Assembly (NCBI GenBank): GCA_964016885.1
Contig: OZ024763.1
Span: forward strand, 29,574,001-29,638,000
From: Eledone cirrhosa
Lineage: Eukaryota
Reading direction: 5' to 3'
DNA length: 64,000 nt
Of this stretch, positions 55,876 through 64,000 are shown piece after piece. The notes under the pieces were generated by a model, which made no database searches, was not told where the DNA came from, and saw only the letters and a list, made by a program, of their open reading frames with translations. The translations under genes and the position numbers were made by a program. Numbering within the stretch: the first letter of the stretch is position 1; each line of letters starts with the position of its first letter.

Positions 55876-55876
55876 C

Positions 55877-55908
<32 letters not shown>

Positions 55909-55972
55909 AAGTGTATTTTTATCTACTTGTCTCCCTACACGTCAATAATTGTCTTTAATATATATATATATA

Positions 55973-56044
<72 letters not shown>

Positions 56045-56090
56045 CAAATATGTACATACCTGGATATAGATACACATACATATGTATACG

Positions 56091-56143
<53 letters not shown>

Positions 56144-56298
56144 GCGTATATACATATATATTTACGTATACATATACATATATATTTACGTACATGTATA
56201 TATATATATATATATATGTATATGTATACATAAATACGTACACACATACACATATATATCTATCTCTCTCTCTCTATATATATATATATAATATATAC

Positions 56299-56358
<60 letters not shown>

Positions 56359-56469
56359 TTATATACACATACACACATATATATCTACATATATTTACAT
56401 ACACACATATATCTACACACATTCACACACACACACACATATATAATTGCTTGATTTAATATATATTTA

Positions 56470-56504
<35 letters not shown>

Positions 56505-56818
56505 TTATCTATATATATATATTAAATCGAGAAATTTATTCGCCATATTAGATAATCAAAACGAAACCAATACTAAACTAAAAATACAGTACATTTATAA
56601 GAGCATAGATGCTCATTAACAAACGGTTGCTGTTAAGACTATGTTGCTGAGGTGAAGTGCTGGGTTGATTGTTTCCGATTTTTGTTGAAGTACCTATGAG
56701 CTTAAAACAATTCAGCTCCGAATGATTTTATTGGATTCTGTCTGGTAGGTTTTTAATATTCGAACTGATACACGCACCGGTATATGTATGTATGTATGTA
56801 AGAATATGTGTATGTTTG

Positions 56819-56861
<43 letters not shown>

Positions 56862-56990
56862 ATGTGTGTGTGTGTGTGCCAATTTATGCATACACACACA
56901 TATATATATATATATATACGTACATAAACGCACACAGACACTCACTCATGCCCGTATACATATATATATAGGTGAGTATGTATATATGTA

Positions 56991-57035
<45 letters not shown>

Positions 57036-57154
57036 CTCCTTATATATATATATATAAATATACACACATATAGATCAGTATCTTTCTCTTCATATATATG
57101 TTCATATATGTAAATATATAATTATATATATATATGTCTGTGTGTGTTTGTGTG

Positions 57155-57193
<39 letters not shown>

Positions 57194-57649
57194 GCATGTA
57201 TATCGAATAGACAAATCAACATAAATCTGTGCGATCAGATCTGACAGCCTCGTTGTGGAAAGGTGAATAATTGAATCGAAAATAGAAATAGAAGAGAGAG
57301 CAAAACGTAGGTGGGGGTGGGGGTAGAGGTCATAATGGCGATGGTGGCGGTGGTGGTGGACCTGCTGTTGGTGGAGGTGGTGGTGGTGTTGGTGGTGGTG
57401 TTGGTGGTGGTGGTGATTGATGATGAAAATTGAAGCGATATTCACATGACGAATGAAACAAAGGAAAATGTTCATCGTCGCAACCGACGGGGGATCTTTG
57501 TACTTGTACGAATGTGCAAATGTTCAAATGGTTCCGAAATCAGATAAACAATCAATAAATGCTTTACGTTCGATCCTTCTGCTAAAGATCTAGTGCTTTT
57601 TTTCTCTCTGTATTTAAATCCTGTCTTCCGGGTGATTTCTTTCTATGTT

Positions 57650-58210
57650 CTAATGTCTGCCTCGAGCCAGGATGATCACCAGACTGGTGTTTATCCTGTT
57701 TTCCGGAGTGTGAAGAGACTTAGAGTAAAATCTTTACCTTCCCTTGAAAGGACGGTTGTCTACAGCACGGAAGTTCATGAGAGCACTTCTTATCCCGATT
57801 TCCGTGGCGTGAAGCGACTGAGAGTAAAATCTTTACCTTTCCTTGAAAGGACGGTTGTCTAGAGCACGGAAGTTCATGAGGCCAGTGCTTATCTCGATTC
57901 CCGGGGCGTGAAGTGAGTGAGAGTACAAGACTCTCCTCTGGACAGGACGCAAGTCCATCGCAAATTTAAAGACTGTCTCGAGGCCGGATTCTCATCGGGC
58001 CGGTAATTATAACCGTTTGCGTTGCGTTAAGCAACTGAGAATACAAGACATCCCCTGGACAGGACGGAAGTCTATCGCAAGCTTAAACCCACAGTTATCA
58101 CTGGTACTTATTTTCAGCTCAGTATACTAGAGCAACTTGAAATGAAATGTTATATTTAAGAATACAACACACAAACCAGTCCAGGCATCAAACCCGTGAC
58201 ATTATGATCG
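57650..58210 (-). mobile_element. SINE-like element with a ~99-bp segment tandemly repeated 3-4 times
   Basis: ttatcc...gtgaag.gact.agagtaaaatctttacctt.ccttgaaaggacggttgtcta recurs at ~57690 and 57790, with decayed copies at 57889 and 58008. 58085-58210 resembles a reversed tRNA-head SINE. Confidence 0.55.
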
Positions 58211-58334
58211 TAAGTCGAAAAGTGCTCAAGGAATTTGGCTAAGGTTCTAACGATTCTGCAAACTTACGACCCTGATAATGATAATAAAGATGATGATGAT
58301 GATGATGAAGATAACGATGACAAAAATAAAGAGA

Positions 58335-58520
58335 ATAGTTTCTGATTTAGGCATAAGGCCAAAGATTGGATCGACCCCAGCGTATTACTGGCACTTGATT
58401 CTATCGATCCCGTAAGGATGAGATGCAAAGCTAATCTCGAAGCAATTTAAAATCAGATCTGTGGTAGCCATGGTAAACACCGCTGAAGGTATTTGTCAAA
58501 GTCTCTAGCGATTTAAATAA
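58335..58520 (-). mobile_element. tRNA-derived SINE, diverged
   Basis: ctggcacttgattctatcgatcccgtaaggatgagatgcaaag is the reverse complement of the family body. Confidence 0.6.
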
Positions 58521-58719
58521 TTTACCACCCTGATAATCACAATGATGCTGATGACGATGGTAGTGGTCGTGATGATGGTAATGATGATGATGACTATTAC
58601 AACAACAACAACAAAAACAATTTTAATAATACATTACGTATATGGGTTTTGTTAAAAGAAATGATGTAAGGAATAGGCTTTCATTGTTTGACTCACAGCT
58701 TTTATTTTATATATATAGG

Positions 58720-58802
<83 letters not shown>

Positions 58803-58945
58803 CTATTTTATTGTCTCTCCCACTAAAACGAAAGCTGAGTAACACATATTTATATATTTTTGTATATTTATATTTATTCTTATTTGATTTTGATTCACTT
58901 ATTTTATTTTAGAATATATATATATATATACACATATATATTACC

Positions 58946-59009
<64 letters not shown>

Positions 59010-59010
59010 C

Positions 59011-59044
<34 letters not shown>

Positions 59045-59047
59045 TCA

Positions 59048-59104
<57 letters not shown>

Positions 59105-59294
59105 CATATATACATATTACGTTTTTATATGTATATATATATTAGCTTTCTATATATATATATATATATTGATATATATATATATGTATATATTACTTTT
59201 ATATATATATATATTAGCTTTTAATATGTATATATATATTTATATGTATACATATATATGTATTAAATTTCAATACATATATATATACATTACC

Positions 59295-59374
<80 letters not shown>

Positions 59375-59392
59375 TATATATATATTTATATT

Positions 59393-59549
<157 letters not shown>

Positions 59550-59626
59550 TTATATATATACATATATATTTAAATATATATATTTATATATATATATATT
59601 TATATATATATATATATATTTATATA

Positions 59627-59698
<72 letters not shown>

Positions 59699-59699
59699 C

Positions 59700-59751
<52 letters not shown>

Positions 59752-59765
59752 GTATATATATATAT

Positions 59766-59817
<52 letters not shown>

Positions 59818-59820
59818 ATT

Positions 59821-59854
<34 letters not shown>

Positions 59855-60421
59855 CATTTATATATATATATATAAATATATATATATACATACATACACA
59901 CATTCATACATATTACCTTTTAATACATTTATTTCATCGTTATGTCTGTTTGTTGTGTATTGTTTGTTTTGCCACAATATTATCATTTAACATTGAAATA
60001 CCATTATCTTCCATGCCATATAATATACCGTTGTATCTATCATTATACATTGATCTACATGTGCGTTTGTCTCTTTCAATATTTTTCAGATCAGCAACGA
60101 AAGCTTAGCTAAGGTAAGGTTTTTTGATAAACTTCCATTTTAGTTCTACTTTAAATTCTTCTTTTTCTTCGGTTTCTTCTTTGTTTTTTTTTTCTTTGTT
60201 TTTTTTTTCTTTTTTTTTTTTTGCTATTTTTACTTTTTATTTTTGTTGCTTTTCTGGTGGGGGTTTATGTTTGTGTTTTTTCTTCTTCTTTGTTTCTCCT
60301 TTGTTGTTTTGTTGTCCTGTTTAATGTTGTGTCTATTCTTTCGATGTACATGAAAATAGCGTTGTGTTTATCTGATTTTCCGAGGAGAAAATCAAATATA
60401 TATATATATATAAATATGTTC

Positions 60422-60605
<184 letters not shown>

Positions 60606-61058
60606 AAATAAATATAAATATATATATATATATATATATACATACATACATATTTATGTATACATATATGTGTTTATGTATGTGAGTATCTGTGTGTGCA
60701 TGTATATGTGTATGTGTGTGTATATATATTTGTATGTGTCTGTATGTGTTATGTTCTTTTGTTTTGCAGTATGTTTTACATATGTTTGTATAATTTTATT
60801 TGATTCTTATTGTTTGATTGTTTAAATTTTTTGCCGTTCAATTGTTTATGATTTGCATTTCAGAATTTATAGGGTTGTATTATTAGGTGTATATAAAGGA
60901 CAATACACACTTATATATACATGCATGTATGCATATATATAGGTGTGTGTATCTGTGTAGTTATGTATTTATTTATCTATGTATGTATGAATTATATCTA
61001 TATATATATGTTTATATATATATGTATAGCATGTATAGACATATATCTATGTATAAAC

Positions 61059-61092
<34 letters not shown>

Positions 61093-61093
61093 T

Positions 61094-61196
<103 letters not shown>

Positions 61197-61223
61197 ATAT
61201 TTATATGTATATATATATATATA

Positions 61224-61270
<47 letters not shown>

Positions 61271-61284
61271 TATATATATATATG

Positions 61285-61340
<56 letters not shown>

Positions 61341-61418
61341 CACATGTATAAGTACATATATATATATATATATACGATATCGATATATATATATATATAT
61401 ACACACATGTATATGTAC

Positions 61419-61497
<79 letters not shown>

Positions 61498-61799
61498 CAA
61501 ATTATGGTCGACCTTGTATATTTATGTATAACAATACACACGCGCGTTTATATACAACAATACACCTGTGTGTGTGTATGTGTGTGTATGTGTGTGTATG
61601 TGTGTTTTTATATGTATTGTTGTGAACGTGTGAATATATATATACTTATGTGTTTGAAAGTGGATGTATGTGCAAAGACAAACACATATACTAAAGGAAC
61701 TATATAATATAAAACTATATGTATTTATAAACATTTATATACTTGATTGCAGCCATGTGTATATAAACTTCATATAAAATCTAGCTGCAATATGATATT

Positions 61800-61919
<120 letters not shown>

Positions 61920-61931
61920 CATTTATATAAT

Positions 61932-61965
<34 letters not shown>

Positions 61966-62096
61966 CATTTATATAATTATATATATATATATTTATATAT
62001 ACATTTATATAATTATATATATATATATTTATATATATATATTTATATATACATTTATATAAATATATATGCAGATATATATAAATATATATGCTC

Positions 62097-62132
<36 letters not shown>

Positions 62133-62346
62133 ATATTTTTTATATACATTTATATAAATATATATGCACATATATATAAATATATATGCTCATATATATA
62201 TATATATATATATACATTTATATAAATATATATATACATTTATATAAATATATATATATACATTATATAAATATATATATACATTTATATAAATATATAT
62301 GCACATATATATAAATATATATGGTCATATAATATATATATGTATG

Positions 62347-62425
<79 letters not shown>

Positions 62426-62527
62426 GTATATGTAGGCGTGTCTATTTTACATGGTAACCCTTTCATTATTCACTCAAAAATTTAATAATTTAGCAACACC
62501 ATTGTCTCTCGACTTAATCTATTGTTT

Positions 62528-62624
<97 letters not shown>

Positions 62625-62625
62625 C

Positions 62626-62806
<181 letters not shown>

Positions 62807-62815
62807 CATATATAA

Positions 62816-62912
<97 letters not shown>

Positions 62913-63090
62913 TATAATAAATATTTTATATATACCTAGGTAATTTTATTAAACCCAAATGCAAATATACACATTCTTATAATCACGCACCTTTATATAT
63001 ATATATACACACATTCACACTTATATATATATATACACACACAGATATATATATATATATATATACAAACATTCACACTTATATATATAT

Positions 63091-63153
<63 letters not shown>

Positions 63154-63504
63154 GTGCATATATTATATAAATATATGTGTGTGGATGTGTCTGTCTGTCT
63201 GTGTGTGTGTGTGCGTGCGTGTGTGTGCGTGTGTAGACACAATAGATTAATCCATGAGACAATGGCATTGCAGAGCTCAATATATTTCACCATATTTGCT
63301 AACATATTATATTACTGGGTGTATAATGAAAGGAATTCCACGTAGAACCGACACGCCTACTGTCATGTGTTATATACAATTATTCACAAAATAAATATGT
63401 ACCCGACACACACATACTTCAGCACTGGGCATATCAAATGATCGAAATAACAGAGGTAAACTTTGTTCCATCATAATGGTTTTATGTTTTCTGTTAAAAT
63501 TCTA

Positions 63505-63562
63505 GCTGTCTGATGAGGTAAAAACTGTTGCATAAGGGTTGTCACCGAAATATAAATCAGTG
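63505..63562 (+). ncRNA. Hammerhead-like motif (weak stem I)
   Basis: CTGATGA-ggt aaaaac...gttgtc acc-GAAAT-ataa-ATC. Confidence 0.5.
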
Positions 63563-63735
63563 ACTATGAATAAACGAACTTAATTTTAACTTGTTGACTT
63601 ACACTTGTTTATATATATATATATATATATATAGTTATGTAATAAACAACATATGTTGTTTATTACATAACTATTAAGCTCTGTTACCTACATAGAGTAC
63701 TCTTTTTTCCTGGACTTTTCCGACGGAATTACTTC

Positions 63736-63787
<52 letters not shown>

Positions 63788-63854
63788 AATGTTTAGCAAA
63801 TAAGAAAAAGTTTCAAAATAAATTTTTAAAAATTCACTGTACTCACTATGGTTA

Positions 63855-63939
63855 TTTTTACCGAATCGGTTTCGAGTCTCAAAAATAAATGGACAGTCCT
63901 TGCGGCCTTCCATTGAAAAGATAAACTCTCGTCAGAAGG
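63855..63939 (-). ncRNA. Type-I hammerhead ribozyme with long stem II
   Basis: Reverse complement reads tt-CTGACGA-gagttt...agactc-GAAAC-cg att cg-GTA-aa. The element ends at the (TA)n at 63783. Confidence 0.7.
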
Positions 63940-64000
63940 TTCTTTTTACCCGGAGAATATAAAATTCCCGAGTTCAAATTACGAACTGGCGCTATTCAAA

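Overview
Eukaryotic, extremely microsatellite-rich DNA ((TA)n, (CA)n, (GATA)n, (ACC)n, (GAT)n). The repeat landscape and SINE type suggest a coleoid cephalopod such as Octopus (inference). Almost all ORFs in the track are simple-repeat artefacts. The real content has five parts. (1) Two head-to-tail clusters of a Tx1/L1-clade non-LTR retrotransposon whose copies all sit inside (GATA)n/(TATC)n tracts: a young cluster at 34.6-42.2 kb with an almost complete APE-RT-CCHC ORF2, and an older cluster at 14.2-15.7 kb. (2) Roughly two dozen short non-coding elements from several families, mostly inside (TA)n tracts. Many carry type-I hammerhead ribozyme (HHR) motifs, and many are fold-back palindromes whose turning point lies in or beside the ribozyme; they resemble Penelope-like pLTR remnants or retrozymes. 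(3) A 16 x 123-bp minisatellite amplified from the coding region of an RTE LINE. (4) tRNA-derived SINEs. (5) A 200-N gap. No host gene can be assigned with confidence; a few candidate microexons are noted.
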